DNA of 64,000 bases from an uncultured Planctomycetaceae bacterium (GCA_963785305.1 CAWAUV010000008.1:544001-608000); one strand, 5' to 3'; positions 41,977-54,699 are shown, counted from the first letter of the stretch. The notes: a model not told the origin generated them from the sequence alone. Numbers and translations: made by a program.

Positions 41977-43780
41977 TCAGCGTTGGCTCACGGCCGGCGC
42001 CGCGGCGCTCCGCTCGCGAAGCGGCAACTCATAGCAGGCGGCCTCCTCGCCATTGCGCACAAGCAGGTAACGGCCATAAAGAGCAGGATTGTTCCAAGTC
42101 TTGCCATCGAGGGCCGCCAAACTCGAAAGTTCGCGGTGCGCCGTCGGGTCGATCGCCACGAGAAACACCTCGCCCGACTCGGCCTGCACAAGTAACAGGT
42201 CCCCCACGCCGAGAATCTGGCCGTGTCCGTAGCGGCCATGCTTCCAGCGGCGCTTGCCGTCGGCAAGTTGGATGCATTCGAGCGTGCCATCGGAGAGGCC
42301 ATAGACATAGCCGTCGCGGACAATCGCGTTGGTGAATTTGGTCTTCATCGACTTCGAGTCGGCCCAGATCGGTTTGGTGCTCCATTTGCCGGCGTCATCG
42401 CAGTCGACCTCCACCAGCGCCGAGCCGCCGGTGTAGCCCTTGGAGACGAACACCCGATTCCCATCCACGGCGATCGGCTGCGAATTGTTGGCGTTTTGGG
42501 TGCTTAGACCTTCCCACGGAAAGCTCCAAAAGAGCTTGCCGGTTTCGGGGTCATGTCCGCTGACGGTCTTTTCATTGACGCTTAAAATCTGCCGCACTCC
42601 CGACACGGTGGCCAGCGTGGGCGAGGCGAAGGCGATCTGATCGTCGCCGGCTTCCCAGATTTTATCGCCACTCGTTTTGTCAAACGCCACGAGCGACACC
42701 TTGGGCTTATCCGCGGGCCCACCGGCGGGCACAACCACCAGCCCATCGACCACGAGCGGCGACGCCGCCCGGCCCCAGGCCACGACTTGCAGATCGGTCT
42801 CGGGCGTGAGGTGGTAATCGTCGAGCAAGCGATGCGTCCAAAGCGGTTCGCCGGTCGCGCCGTCGAGGCAATTCAAAATCCCGGTCGCGCCGAGCGAATA
42901 CACTTTTCCCTCGGAGATCGTGGGCGTCGAGCGCGGACCGATTCCGCCGAGCACGGTTTCGTGGCGCGTCGCCTCGGCGTGGCTCCAAAGCGGCTTGCCG
43001 GTGAGTAGTTCGTAGCAAGTGGTCAGTTCTTGTTCGCCGCGCTGTTCGAGCGTTACCACATAACCATTGACGATGCTAAACGCCGACCAGCCCGCGCCAA
43101 TCGGCTGCCGCCACATGAGCCGGGGCGCGTGCTTCGACCAGTCGGACTCGAGCGCCGGTCCGGCGATCCAGCCACCGCGCTCGGGACCGAGAAAGCGCGG
43201 GTAGTCGTCGGGCGTCGTAGTCTTCAGATCAACATGCGGGACGGGCGGCGTTTGCGCCGCTAAGCCAGACGCATCGGTTTCGCGCGGATTCGCCGCGCTC
43301 GCGGAAGCTTGACGGGGACCCTCGGCCGAGCCAATGGCGCGGCGCGGCTCACAGCCGGAGCGCCGCCGGCGGCGATTCGCGGAGCCGCGAGCAATTGATC
43401 CGGTCGGGGCGTCCAGCGAAAGCGAAGCTCGGGAATCAATCCGCCGCGAACGCCATCGATGCGAAACAGCGCGAGCAGCACGACGACGGCCGCCGGCGCT
43501 CCGTAGAGCACGGCGCACCGCGAGAACTGCGAAAAGCCGCTATAAAAGCAAAACCAAATGAACAGCGCGCAGGCGGTGAGGAAGGTGCAGACCAGCGTGA
43601 TGATATTCGCGATCGCGCCGTCGAGCCCGTCGATGCCGCGCACATAGGCCACGGCCGCGACATAGCCCACGAGCAGCGCCCAGCCCCAGATCGGCAGCAT
43701 CCGCGAGCGCGGTTGAAGCCGGCGCCCGTGGCAAGGTCGCGCTCGTTCTTCGTCGCGTTCTCCGGCGAATCCTTCGGCAT
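41977..43780 (-). CDS. PQQ-binding-like beta-propeller protein with N-terminal TM segments; frameshifts in the 5' part
   Basis: YPRFLGPER.G, WRQPIGAGWS, GPRSTPTI, SPLVVDG, G.TWNNPAL..LLVRN.EE.ACY. The TM region lies in another frame. Confidence 0.85.
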
Positions 43781-44102
43781 GATCTAAACTCTCCTCCCTG
43801 ACTCGGCGGCTTCCAGGCCGCGCACTGCTTACGATCCCCCAAAGCACTCGGCGCCGACAAATGCAGTTCCCCCGCGTTTCGCCAGAGCCGCCAAACATTC
43901 TAGGGGCGGGACCACGAAAAAGGGAAGGCGAGTCGAACCGGGAAGCACGGTGACACGGTCGGGCCAAGCATGCCATTCGACGAAACGACTGGTTGCTCTC
44001 CCCGCCCCGGGCGAAGTACATTGCATGCGTCGGCGCCTCGAGACATCCACGAGGCGGCCGAATGCGGCGACTCACTCCATGCAATGCGAGCCCGAGCGGA
44101 CG

Positions 44103-44654
44103 ATGGCCTGGATCGAACGCCAACTGCTGATCGCCGTGCCCAAATTGCACGACGCCAATTTTTTTCACGGCGTCGTGCTCATGGTTCGCCACAATGCCCA
44201 GGGCGCGTTTGGTCTGACATTGAACCGACCGGGCAGCATCAGCACATCGGAAATTTGGTCGCAAATCAGCGACGGCCCATGCCACTGGAATCAGCCGCTG
44301 TTCGTGGGCGGGCCGGTCGAAGGGCCGCTCATGGTGCTTCACGATCAGCCCGATGCCGGAGAGGCCCAAGCGGCGGCGGATGTCTATTTCACGGTCGACC
44401 CCGACCACTTGGAGCGGTTGTTCGGCAATCCCCAAGCCAAGGCCCAGTTCTATGTCGGCTACTGCGGCTGGGGACCGGGACAACTCGAATCGGAAATGGC
44501 GGCCGGAGCTTGGCAAACCGCGCCGGTCGCAAGCAAATATGTGTTCGAGGCCGATGGCGATCTTTGGGCCCGAGTGACCCACGACATCGGCGCCGAGTCG
44601 CTGCGTAAGACGCTCAATATCAAGATCATTCCGCCCGACGCACGCTGCAATTAA
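44103..44654 (+). CDS. YqgE/AlgH (DUF179) family protein
   Basis: LLIAVPKLHDANF..VVLM..H..GAFGL.LNRP, GGPV, GYCGWGPGQLESE. Confidence 0.92.
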   Translation: MAWIERQLLIAVPKLHDANFFHGVVLMVRHNAQGAFGLTLNRPGSISTSEIWSQISDGPCHWNQPLFVGGPVEGPLMVLHDQPDAGEAQAAADVYFTVDPDHLERLFGNPQAKAQFYVGYCGWGPGQLESEMAAGAWQTAPVASKYVFEADGDLWARVTHDIGAESLRKTLNIKIIPPDARCN

Positions 44655-44787
44655 TCCGCCGGAGCTTCCCGATCCCGTGGCGAAAGCCGACTTCGCGCAT
44701 GCAAACAGGCCGGAGGGGTGTTTTCGCCCGCGGGCGGTCCCTATCCCGGCCGACCGCCCCCGCCCCACCATCAAGGAGACTTTCACC

Positions 44788-46537
44788 ATGCGACGCATGA
44801 TTCTCGGCACGTTCTGGGCCGTGTTCCTGGCTCGGGCGATCTGGCCCGCCGCGGTCTTGGCCCAGGGGAGCGGCCCAACCGAGCGCACGGTTCAAGGCGA
44901 GCCCGCGGGTCGGTATGCCGATCGCTGGGTCATGATCATGACGAACCTGCTGGTCGACTCCGAAGCCGATCGCGCCCTCGGCGTCATCGATCAAGCCGGC
45001 AAGGCCGGCTACAACGGCCTCCTCCTCGCCGATTTCAAATTCAATTTGCTCGAAGCCATGCCCGAGCGGTACTTCAAGAATGTCGGCCGGATAAAGGCCG
45101 CCTGCGCCGAACGGGAAATCGAGATTATCCCGGGCCTGTTCCCGATTGGTCGCAGCGATGGCCTGCTGATGCACGACACGAATCTCGCCGAGGGACTACC
45201 GGTGACGGACGCTCCCTATGTGGTTCGCGAGCGCAAAGCGCGGTTGGCGCCCGAACCGGCGGTCGCGGTTAAAAACGGCGACTTCGAGCGCACTCGCGGC
45301 GACGACAAGCAGTTCGCCGATTTCTACCAAGACGAGCCCGGCAAGATCAGCTTTGTCGACCGCGCCGTGTTCCACGGCGGCCGAACCTCATGTCGCTTCG
45401 AAAATATCGGGCCCGCCAACGCCCGCGTGATTCAGCCGCTCAAGGTGCGACCACACGCCGCCTATCGACTGAGTTGCTGGGTGAAGACCAGCGATCTCGC
45501 TCCGGCCACGATCAAGCTTCTCGCCAATGGCAAGCGGCCGCTCACATATCATGAAATGCATTTGGCGCCCACCCAGGACTGGACTCTCGCGGAAGTAGCA
45601 TTCAACTCGCTCGACGAAAGCGAAATCAATATCTACGCCGGTCAGTGGGGCGGAGGGAAGGGAAAGCTATGGATCGACGATCTGGCCTGCGAGGAACTTT
45701 CGCTGGTGAATGTGCTCCGCCGCGAGGGCTGCCCCTTGCGCGTGACCGACGCCACCGGCCGGCGAGAGTTCGTCGAAGGCGAGGACTTCGAGCCGGTGGT
45801 GGACCCGCTCTTGGGCCAAACCCCCTACGCGGGCCAATATCGCTTCGACCACGCCGGCGCACGACTGCGGCTCACGACCAAGTCGGCGATTCACGAGGGC
45901 GACCGCTTGCGAGTGAGCTGGTATCACCCGATCAAGATTCATGACGAAGAAGTCGCCTGCTGCCTCACGGAACCCAAAGTCTATGAACTGCTCGCCGATC
46001 AAGCGCGGCGCGTCAACGAGATGCTCAAGCCGAAAACCTTTTTCATGGAACACGACGAGCTTCGCTGCGCGAACTGGTGCGCCGCCTGCCGAAAAAAGGG
46101 CAAGACTCCCGGCGAGCTCCTGGCCAACAACGCGGCGCGTTGCGTCTACATGCTCAGTCGCATCAATCCGCGAGCCAGGGTCGTGACCTGGAGCGATATG
46201 TTCGATCCCCATCACAACGCGAAACAAGACTTTTATCTGGTCAACGGCACGCTCGCGGAATCGTGGCTCGGCTTGCCGAAGGAAGTGATTATCTGCAACT
46301 GGAATTCGGGACACGCCGCCGAAAGCCTCAGGTTCTTCGCCGGCCAAGGCCACGAACAAGTGATCGCCGGTTACTACAACGCGAGCGTCGGCGAATTCGA
46401 CCGCTGGGGCTCGGCGATGAAGGAGGTGTTTCCGGCGCCCGCCGCGCCCCGGAGTCACGGGCGTGATGTACACGACCTGGCAGAACAACTTCGGCGATCT
46501 CGACGCGTTTGCCCGCAAGGCGTTCGCGCGAGATTAG
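44788..46537 (+). CDS. Secreted glycoside-hydrolase-like protein (GH20-like TIM barrel) with CBM4/9-like insert; frameshift near 46450
   Basis: Signal peptide, NGDFE..YRLSCWVKT..WIDD module, FFMEHDELR, WSDMFDP. The C-terminal GVMYTTW is in the next frame. Confidence 0.7.
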
Positions 46538-46568
46538 CAACGTGCTGAATAATTCAACAGGCTGTTAG
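46535..46568. repeat. Short palindrome resembling fused IS ends, abutting MITE copy B
   Basis: TAGCAACGTGCTGAATAATTCAACAGGCTGTTAG; related to 9845-9875. Confidence 0.45.
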
Positions 46569-46731
46569 TGCTTTGTCACGGCTGAAATGATAGGCAACCC
46601 CGTGGCGCCATGCCCACGCTTGCGTGGGCATGTTTTCGAGCGCCACGCGGAGCCCTCATGCCCACGCCGAGCCGTGGGCATGGCGCCACGGAACCAATCC
46701 AACCCGTCATTTCAATTGGGACAATACGCTA
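46566..46731. mobile_element. MITE copy B (uninterrupted, inverted relative to A and C)
   Basis: Left TIR identical to copy A, internal GCCATGCCCACGCTTGCGTGGGCATG ... CATGCCCACGCCGAGCCGTGGGCATGGC, degenerate right TIR. Confidence 0.85.
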
Positions 46732-47348
46732 GGGCGCATCGACTCGCAACAGCCGCGGTGTCGGCAGGCGCGAGCCCAGAATGCGGCCGTGGCGCGCCGC
46801 GAGCTCCTTGAACGAGCCATGCAGAAAGCCGAGCAGTTCGGCCGGCGGATCGAGCCGCAGCCACTTCTCGGCGAGCGCCGCGGCGTGGGCATCGTAGTCG
46901 CGTTGACGCGAGCTGTGGGCGTAGCACCGGCCGGGGTGGCGGCGCAAGTCGCCATCGAAATTGGGCCCGATATGCCACAGTTCATGCACGACCGTGGCCA
47001 ACTTTTCGGCGAAAGGATAATCGCAAAACCGCGGCAAATAGAAGCTCAAGAGATAGAGCATCTCGCGCCCTGGCGATCGACGAGCGACTCGATTCGATAG
47101 CGGCGTCCGCGCTTGATGGTCACGCGTTCGCCATGCTCGAATCGTAGCGGCGTGAGACTGGCCAGGGTGCCGTGGCGGGCGGGAGTGCGAGCTTGGCAAA
47201 ACCGCACCGCGACCAGCGACATATCGATATGGGCCAGTTCCGGAAGATCGGCCGCGAGACGCTGGCAAAGCCGGCGCATGTCGGCGGTGAAATCGAGCGG
47301 CGTCGCGCGGGGGGGCAAGTACGAGCCGCTGGCTGAAAGTTCGCTCAT
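46729..47348 (-). CDS. Putative zinc metallopeptidase (HExxH); frameshift near 47070
   Basis: DFTADMRRLC..PELAHIDM..A.LTPLRF joins YLLSFYLPRF..EKLATVVHELWHIGP.FDGDLRR. Confidence 0.78.
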
Positions 47349-47498
47349 CGAATCCTTTCACCGCCGCCGAGGTTCCGAGCGATTCCTTTCGTCCGCGGCG
47401 ATGAGCCCGCGAATCGGTCCGATGACCGGCCAGGACAAGGCGCCCGTGGCCCAATGTATCAGGCGCCGCGCTCGGCATCGGCGGCCGCGGCGCGAATC

Positions 47499-48075
47499 TT
47501 AGCTTTCCGACGCTTCGCCCTCGAACGATGGCTTGGGCGCGGCCGGGGCCACGCGATCGCGCACTCCGACGAACTCGAGGATTGCTCGCGTGCCGGCGTC
47601 GCCCAGGCGGGGCTTCGCGAGCCGCAGAATGCGAGTATATCCGCCCGGCCGACCGACAAATCGCGGACCGACCTCATCGAACAAAATTCGCACGGCTTGC
47701 TTGTCGCCAAGCAATTGCAAAGCGCGGCGGCGAGCGGCCACGACCGGCGCGATCGCCTTGGCCCAGTTGCGCCACTTCTCGCTCTTGCGCAAGCGCGCCA
47801 GGCATCGGTGCCGCGCTCGGCGGTGGCGGCGTGCTTCCGCGCTTCGTCGTGCGCAGGCGCGAACGCGTGACGAGGGTGACACAGCGCTCGACCAGCGGGC
47901 GAACTTCCTTCGCCTTTTCAAGTGTGGTGACGATCCGCCCGCGAACCTTCGGTTTGTTGTCTTCCCCCTCGGCGTCGCGCTCGGTCAACAAGAGGGCCGA
48001 GGCCAAATTGCGGAGCAGGGCACGTTGATGACTGGGCGAGCGGCCGAGGGTGCGGCCTTTACGTCGATGTCGCAT
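47499..48075 (-). CDS. rplQ: 50S ribosomal protein L17 (frameshifted)
   Basis: MRHRRKGRTLGRSPSHQRALLRNL, TTLEKAKE; GGYTRIL..RLGDAG..AILEFV in another frame. Confidence 0.93.
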
Positions 48076-48194
48076 GGGTGTAACCGTTTCTGATAAATCG
48101 TGAGAACATGAAAGCTGGACGCCGCCGGGGCGCGGCGGGCCGCCGCCGGACGGCGCGATTGGCCGCCGCCGGCAGGCGGCGCCAAGGCGGCGCG

Positions 48195-49187
48195 TCAGGC
48201 CGTGGCCGGCGCCGGCAGGCGCATTCCCAGCCGCAGGCCCATCTCAGCCAGTTTTTCTTGCACTTCGTTGAGCGTCGTCTCCCCGAAGTTTCGCACTTCC
48301 AGCAGTTGATCTTCCGTGCGGCGAACCAGATCGCGCACCGTGTGAATCTGCTCCGACTCGAGACAATTGGTCGCTCGCACGCTGAGTTTCATGTCCGCCA
48401 GGGTCATGCCGAGCTTCGATTCGAGCGCCGCTTCGCTCAGCCCCAAACCGCCCGAGCGACTGGCGGCATGCACCCGCGAGCCGATCTCGCTGTATTGCAC
48501 GAACGGGTTGAGATGCTTGCGCAGAATCTTGGCCGCTTCGACCAGCGCCATTTCCGGATGGATCGAGCCGTTGGTCCAAATCTCGAGCGTGAGCCGATCG
48601 TAGTTCGTCTTCTGGCCGACGCGAGTCTCCTCGACCTCGTAACGCACGCGCACCACCGGGCTATACACGGCGTCGACCGGAACGATGCCGATCTCTTGCA
48701 CATTGGGGCTGTGCTCGGTCGAGGGCACATAACCGCGGCCGTTTTCCACCACCATCTCCATCACGAACGGCACATCGGCCGTGAGCGTGGCGATCACATG
48801 GTCCTTGTTGATTACGATCACCGAATCGTCGGTTTGCACATCGGCGCCGGTAACGGTTCCGGCCTTGTTCTTCTCGATCCGCACCACCTTGGTCGACTCG
48901 CTGCGGTTCTTGACCACCAGCGATTTCACATTCAGCACGATATCGGTCATGTCTTCGACCACGCCCGGCAGGGTGGTGAATTCATGTTGAGCGCCGTGGA
49001 CCTTGATTTGCGTGATCGAACTGCCTTCGAGACTCGACAGCAGAATGCGCCGCAGACCGTTGCCGATCGTCGACCCAAAGCCGCGCTCGAACGGTTCGGC
49101 CACGAACTTGCCGTAGGTCGGGCTCAAACTTTTCTGATCGCAGGTAACCAGACTGGGCAGTTCCAGACCGCGCCAACGAATATGCAT
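48195..49187 (-). CDS. rpoA: RNA polymerase alpha subunit
   Basis: [47 protein letters not shown]. Confidence 0.98.
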   Translation of the reverse strand: MHIRWRGLELPSLVTCDQKSLSPTYGKFVAEPFERGFGSTIGNGLRRILLSSLEGSSITQIKVHGAQHEFTTLPGVVEDMTDIVLNVKSLVVKNRSESTKVVRIEKNKAGTVTGADVQTDDSVIVINKDHVIATLTADVPFVMEMVVENGRGYVPSTEHSPNVQEIGIVPVDAVYSPVVRVRYEVEETRVGQKTNYDRLTLEIWTNGSIHPEMALVEAAKILRKHLNPFVQYSEIGSRVHAASRSGGLGLSEAALESKLGMTLADMKLSVRATNCLESEQIHTVRDLVRRTEDQLLEVRNFGETTLNEVQEKLAEMGLRLGMRLPAPATA

Positions 49188-49324
49188 ATTTGCGACTCCC
49201 CCCGAGAGACCCGAGACCACGCCCGAAAGCGCCGGTCCCCATTGAATTCAATTCGCCCCAGTTGTTCGATTTTCAACGCCGCGCTGCTTCGATTCCCCGA
49301 GGGTCGAAGTTCGACATTCGATGC

Positions 49325-49951
49325 CTAGCGCGAGCAAAGCTCGATGATCAATTGCACTTGCACCGGAATCGAGATGTCGTCGCCCTCGGGAATACGATTC
49401 ACGCGTCCCTCGGGAATGCCTCCCTCGACCAGCGACAAGAAATCAGGCACCGAGCGGTGATGCTCGGCCAAGTTCGACTGCACCATTTGCAGGCTCTTGG
49501 CCCGGTTCTTCACGCGAATCACGTCGCCCGGCTTCACGATATAGCTCGGAATATCGAGAAACGCGCCGTTGACCGTGATGTGTCCGTGGCCGACAAGCTG
49601 CCGGGCCTGGGAGCGGCTGGCGCCGAAGCCCAAGCGATGCACCACATTGTCGAGCCGCCGCTCGAGCAGGCTCAACAGCGTATTGCCGGTGTTGCCCTTG
49701 GATCGCGAGGCGCGCTTGAAATAGCCGCGGAACTGCCGCTCGAGCACGCCGTAGTAATGTTTGACCTTTTGCTTTTCGCGCAAATGCAGGGCATAGTCGG
49801 TCTGCTTGCCGCGGCGGAATTGGTGCATGCCCGGCGCCGTGTCGCGACGCTCGATGGCGCACTTCGGCGTGTCGCAACGATTGCCCTTGAGAAACAGTTT
49901 CAAGCCGTCGCGACGGCACATGCGACACACGGGTCCGGTGATGCGAGCCAT
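49325..49951 (-). CDS. rpsD: 30S ribosomal protein S4
   Basis: CRMCRR, LREKQK, LERRLDNVV, ARQLV.HGH. Confidence 0.98.
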   Translation of the reverse strand: MARITGPVCRMCRRDGLKLFLKGNRCDTPKCAIERRDTAPGMHQFRRGKQTDYALHLREKQKVKHYYGVLERQFRGYFKRASRSKGNTGNTLLSLLERRLDNVVHRLGFGASRSQARQLVGHGHITVNGAFLDIPSYIVKPGDVIRVKNRAKSLQMVQSNLAEHHRSVPDFLSLVEGGIPEGRVNRIPEGDDISIPVQVQLIIELCSR

Positions 49952-50173
49952 ACGATTTCTCTACGAGTTCCTAATCTTGAGATGATCTGCCCATTGCAGG
50001 CATGTTCGGGGGTGGATCACTACCACGCGGCAAATTGTTTTCATGCCGCGAGGGCAGCTTGGTTTTCCTGAATATCTCGTGGCGGCCACGGCGCCAGCGG
50101 CTCCGCCGAGGCCGATTGCCGCCCAGCCGCCGGACCCGCGAGCAGCCTCGGCGGCTTGGCGGAACCTATCTGT

Positions 50174-50554
<381 letters not shown>

Positions 50555-50636
50555 GAATGCCTGTCTCCCGCGAAGATGAATGACCCACCCAAACCAACCG
50601 CCGCCCAACAAAATCGACTCCGCGAACCGCGAGAGC

Positions 50637-51020
50637 CTAACGCATATCCTTCACGCCCTTCTTGCCGGCCACGGTCTTCTTCGGGCCCTTGCGAGTCCGG
50701 GCGTTGGTCCGGGTGCGCTGACCGCGAACCGGCAAGCCCCGGCGATGCCGTATGCCTCGGTAGCAGCCGATGTCCTTGAGTCGCGAGATATTCTGCGCCA
50801 CCTGACGGCGCAACTGACCTTCGACCACATAGTCCTTGTCGAGCAGCGCCGCGATGCGCGCCACTTCGTCTTCATGCAACTCCCGGGCCTTGGCCTGGGG
50901 GTCGACGCCGGCCTTGTGGCACAGCTCGGCCGCCACCCGGGGACCGACCCCGTACAAATACGTCAGCGAAACGACCGTCGGCCGATCGCTCGGAATGTCG
51001 ACACCCAACAAGCGCGGCAT
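50637..51020 (-). CDS. rpsM: 30S ribosomal protein S13
   Basis: [32 protein letters not shown]. Confidence 0.98.
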   Translation of the reverse strand: MPRLLGVDIPSDRPTVVSLTYLYGVGPRVAAELCHKAGVDPQAKARELHEDEVARIAALLDKDYVVEGQLRRQVAQNISRLKDIGCYRGIRHRRGLPVRGQRTRTNARTRKGPKKTVAGKKGVKDMR

Positions 51021-51214
51021 AAACGAAAACTCCCTCGAATGATCTCGAACCGTTGTATTAACTGGCGAGGGCCGGCGCCCCGAAATTGAATCGAATTTTG
51101 AGCCGAGACCGTGCCCAGGCACGGGTTCCGCGCAACGCGCGAGCGGCGCGGCGATTTCTTTCGGCCGCCGACAAACTCGCGCGGGTCGACACTCGCCGCC
51201 GCCACCAGGGAAGA

Positions 51215-51328
51215 TCAGCCCTGCCGCTGTTTGTGGCGCGGGTTGCTGCAAACGACGAAAACGACGCCGCGACGACGGACGATCTTGCAATGTTCGCAAA
51301 TGCGTTTGATGCTGGCGCGGACTTTCAT
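51215..51328 (-). CDS. rpmJ: 50S ribosomal protein L36 (absent from the ORF track)
   Basis: Manual translation: [37 protein letters not shown]. Confidence 0.96.
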   Translation of the reverse strand: MKVRASIKRICEHCKIVRRRGVVFVVCSNPRHKQRQG

Positions 51329-51484
51329 GGCGGGTTTTCGACCGTTCTTAGGCTAATGTTTCAAAGCGTATGAGTATAAGGTTATTGCGACAATCCTCGC
51401 AAGACCCCCTGCGGGCGGTTTTTTTCGGCCCAGGGCCGCCGAGCGACACGAAATCGACGCGCCAGGCTCGAAAACTCGGGAAAA

Positions 51485-52274
51485 TCAGCTCGGCGCGGGC
51501 GTGTCGGGGCTCGAGGTCAGAACCCATGGACCATGATCCGTGATCGCGATCGTGTGCTCGAAGTGGGCGCTCGCCAGACCGTCTTGCGTGGCCTGGGTCC
51601 AATGGTCGGGCAGCGTTTTCACGAGCTTCGTGCCGATGTTGACCATCGGCTCGACCGCGATTACAAGGCCCGGCTCGAGCGAAAAGTCGCCATTGCGGCG
51701 CAACTGGCTGCTGACGAAGTTGGGCACCTGCGGGTCTTCGTGCATTTCGCGGCCGATGCCATGTCCGACAAAGCTCTCCACGACGGCGAATCCGGCGTCT
51801 TTCACATAGGTGGCCATTTCGGCGGCCACTTGGCTCCAGCGGGTCTTGACCGCCCATGAGCTCGATCGCCAAGTCGAGCACTCCCTTGGTGACCTCGAGC
51901 AGCTTGGCCGCGTCGGCGTCGACCTGGCCCACCGGGTGCGTGATCGCCGCGTCGCCGCACCAGCCATCGAGCTTGCAGCCGGTGTCGATGCTCACCACAT
52001 CGCCCTCCTCCAATTGGCGCTCGCCGGGAATGCCATGCACCACTTCGTCGTTGACCGAAATGCAGGTCACGGCCGGAAAGGGCACCTTGCCGGGCACTCC
52101 CTTAAACAGCGGGATCGCCTTGTTTTCGACGAAGAACTTCTCGACCGCGGCATCGATTTCGCCCGTGGTGACTCCAGGCCGCACCAGCGCGGCGGCCACT
52201 TGATGGGCCTGCCAGACCATGAGTCCGGCGCGACGCATCTGCGCGATCTCTCGAGGTGAACGAAGAATATGCAC
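51485..52274 (-). CDS. map: Methionine aminopeptidase type I; frameshift near 51850
   Basis: [45 protein letters not shown]. Confidence 0.95.
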
Positions 52275-52496
52275 GAATGATCTACCTTCGACAAATTGTA
52301 GCGAGGCGCCTCGGCTCGCCCTTGATTCGCGGACCATGCCCTCGGCGAATGACTCCGCAAACTCGCGATGAATTGTATTGCTCGGCGGCGATTACGCAAG
52401 CAAACCGACAATCGCCGCCAGGGCGACCGGTTTCGATTTCTCGAAGACAGGCCACTTTCTCGAGCTCGAGCCTCGAAAATCGGGCGCGGAATCTCG

Positions 52497-53084
52497 TCAG
52501 AGGCGAAAACTCGCTTCCGACTCGCGGTGCTCGATTCGCTGGATCACGGCTCGAATTCGCGAAAACACATCGTCGGGCGATCCGCTCCCATCAATCGGAT
52601 AGAGCAGGCCGCGGGCGTCGTAATATTCCGTCAAGGGAGCGGTTAGTTCCAAATAGCCATCGAGCCGCTCTCGAATTACTTCGGGTTTGTCGTCGGCCCG
52701 GCGTCGGCCCATCAGGCGTCGCAGCAATTCGTCGCGATCGACCCACAGTTCGAGCACTCCGCTCAGCGGCATGCCATTGGCAAGCAACATCTGATCGAGC
52801 GCCTGGGCCTGGCCCAAGGTGCGCGGGAAGCCATCGAACATGCAGCCCTTTTGACAATCGGGCTCGGACAATCGCGATTTGACCAACTCGAGGATGATCG
52901 GGTCCGGAGCGAGCCGACCCTGCTTCATGTAACCATCGCTGACGCGGCCGATCTCCGTTTGTTCTTGGATCGCCTTCCGCAACATATCGCCGGTGGCGAT
53001 GTGCGGAACCTGCAAAAGCGAAATTAGTTTTTGGGATTGGGTGCCTTTTCCCGCGCCGGGCGGACCCAGAAACACGATCCGCAT
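52497..53084 (-). CDS. adk: Adenylate kinase (short LID)
   Basis: GPPGAGKGTQ, TGDMLR, DGFPRT, R.DD. Confidence 0.97.
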   Translation of the reverse strand: MRIVFLGPPGAGKGTQSQKLISLLQVPHIATGDMLRKAIQEQTEIGRVSDGYMKQGRLAPDPIILELVKSRLSEPDCQKGCMFDGFPRTLGQAQALDQMLLANGMPLSGVLELWVDRDELLRRLMGRRRADDKPEVIRERLDGYLELTAPLTEYYDARGLLYPIDGSGSPDDVFSRIRAVIQRIEHRESEASFRL

Positions 53085-53174
53085 GGCTCCGCTCCGCTGC
53101 CCCCTCAGGCTTGATTCTTGATGCGCCAACCCGGCGCGCCGCCCCTGGCGTCGCGACGCTCGCTGGCCGGAGTC

Positions 53175-54524
53175 TCAGCCCTCCAAGAGTCCCTTGTAGT
53201 TCCGCATCACGAGATGGCTGTCGATCTTCTGAACCAAATCAAACGCCACGCTCACCGCGATCAAGAGCCCGGTGCCACCAAAGAAACTAGCCACCGCCGG
53301 AGGCACATTGTACAAACTCGCGATCACGGTCGGCGTCACGGCCACGACCGCCAAGAAGCCGGCGCCCACATACGTGATCCGGACCATGACTCGCTCCAGA
53401 TGGTCGGCCGTGCGCTTGCCTGGCCGATAGCCGGGAATAAAGGAACCGAAGCCCTTCAGGTTTTCGGCCATGTCCTTGGGATTGAAGGTGATCGCGGTCC
53501 AAAAATAGCAGAAGAAGTAGATCAGCGCCACGTAGAGAATGTTGTAGATCACCGACGAGCCACGCGTGAACGCGTCGTGCATTTCCTGCAAGAACTGACT
53601 GTTCGAATAATGGCTCGCCAGGAGCGAAAACCCCATCTGCGGAAACATGAGCAAGCTGCTCGCGAAGATAATCGGCATCACGCCCGCTTGATTCACCCGT
53701 AGCGGCAAGTACTGCCGAGCGCCGCCATAAACCCGCCGGCCGCGCACATGCTTGGCGCTTTGCGTGGGAATGCGACGCTGACCGAGGGTAATAAATACCA
53801 CTCCCGCCACGACGGCGACAAACAGCGCGGCCAACATGAACAGCACCGCAATGCCGAACTTGCCTTGCGTGCCGCCGAGTTCGGGCGTCGATTGTTCCAA
53901 CAGTCTCACCAGGGCCCCCGGCATGCCGGCCAAGATGTTGGCCATGATCAAGAGGCTGATGCCATTGCCGATCCCGAATTCATCGATCTGTTCGCCAAGC
54001 CACATCAAGAAGATGGTGCCCGCGGTCATGGTGAGTACCGTGATAAGCTGCCAGCCGAAGGTCATGTGGCCGCTTTCGTTGAGGAACCTGTCGTTCACGA
54101 GTTTCTGCTGCAACAAGAAGCCGACCAAATAACCCCAGCTTTGACCGATGCAAAGCACCACGGTGGCGTAGCGGGTGTATTCGTTGATTTTCTTGCGACC
54201 GCTCTCGCCCTCTTTTTGCAGGCGCTCGAGCGAGGGAACCACGCTGCCGAGAAGCTGAAAGATAATGCTGGCGGAAATATAGGGCATGATGCCCAGGCCG
54301 AAGATCGTCACTTGATTGAGCTGGCTGGCGCTGAACACCGCGACCTGGTCGAAAAGCGCCGTGAGGCCACTGTCGGTCCCCACCCGCGCGGCGAGCTTCA
54401 CCTTATCGACCACCGGCAGCGGAATCTGCCACCCAACGCGATACACCGCTAGCAGCGCGAGCGTGAACAATATCTTTTTGCGCAGCTCGGGAATCGTGAA
54501 GACGACGCGAAGCTTTTCCCACAT
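53175..54524 (-). CDS. secY: Preprotein translocase SecY
   Basis: LGIMPYISASII, GIGNGISL, AGVMPIIFA, IPGYRPG, GGTGLLI.V. Confidence 0.98.
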   Translation of the reverse strand: MWEKLRVVFTIPELRKKILFTLALLAVYRVGWQIPLPVVDKVKLAARVGTDSGLTALFDQVAVFSASQLNQVTIFGLGIMPYISASIIFQLLGSVVPSLERLQKEGESGRKKINEYTRYATVVLCIGQSWGYLVGFLLQQKLVNDRFLNESGHMTFGWQLITVLTMTAGTIFLMWLGEQIDEFGIGNGISLLIMANILAGMPGALVRLLEQSTPELGGTQGKFGIAVLFMLAALFVAVVAGVVFITLGQRRIPTQSAKHVRGRRVYGGARQYLPLRVNQAGVMPIIFASSLLMFPQMGFSLLASHYSNSQFLQEMHDAFTRGSSVIYNILYVALIYFFCYFWTAITFNPKDMAENLKGFGSFIPGYRPGKRTADHLERVMVRITYVGAGFLAVVAVTPTVIASLYNVPPAVASFFGGTGLLIAVSVAFDLVQKIDSHLVMRNYKGLLEG

Positions 54525-54699
54525 GCTTCCAGTTCCTTCTTTCGTCGGACAATAGGCGATCGAACCGCCGCCGCCCCATGCAAAAAAGTAAGCGCTTCGC
54601 ATCCAAGCCGAAGCGCGTTCCGCCGACTCTAGACGACCGAGGCATCTCCGAATCGGGGAAGCCTCCTCGGAACGAGAACCCCGCGACCCGAAGCCCGTA

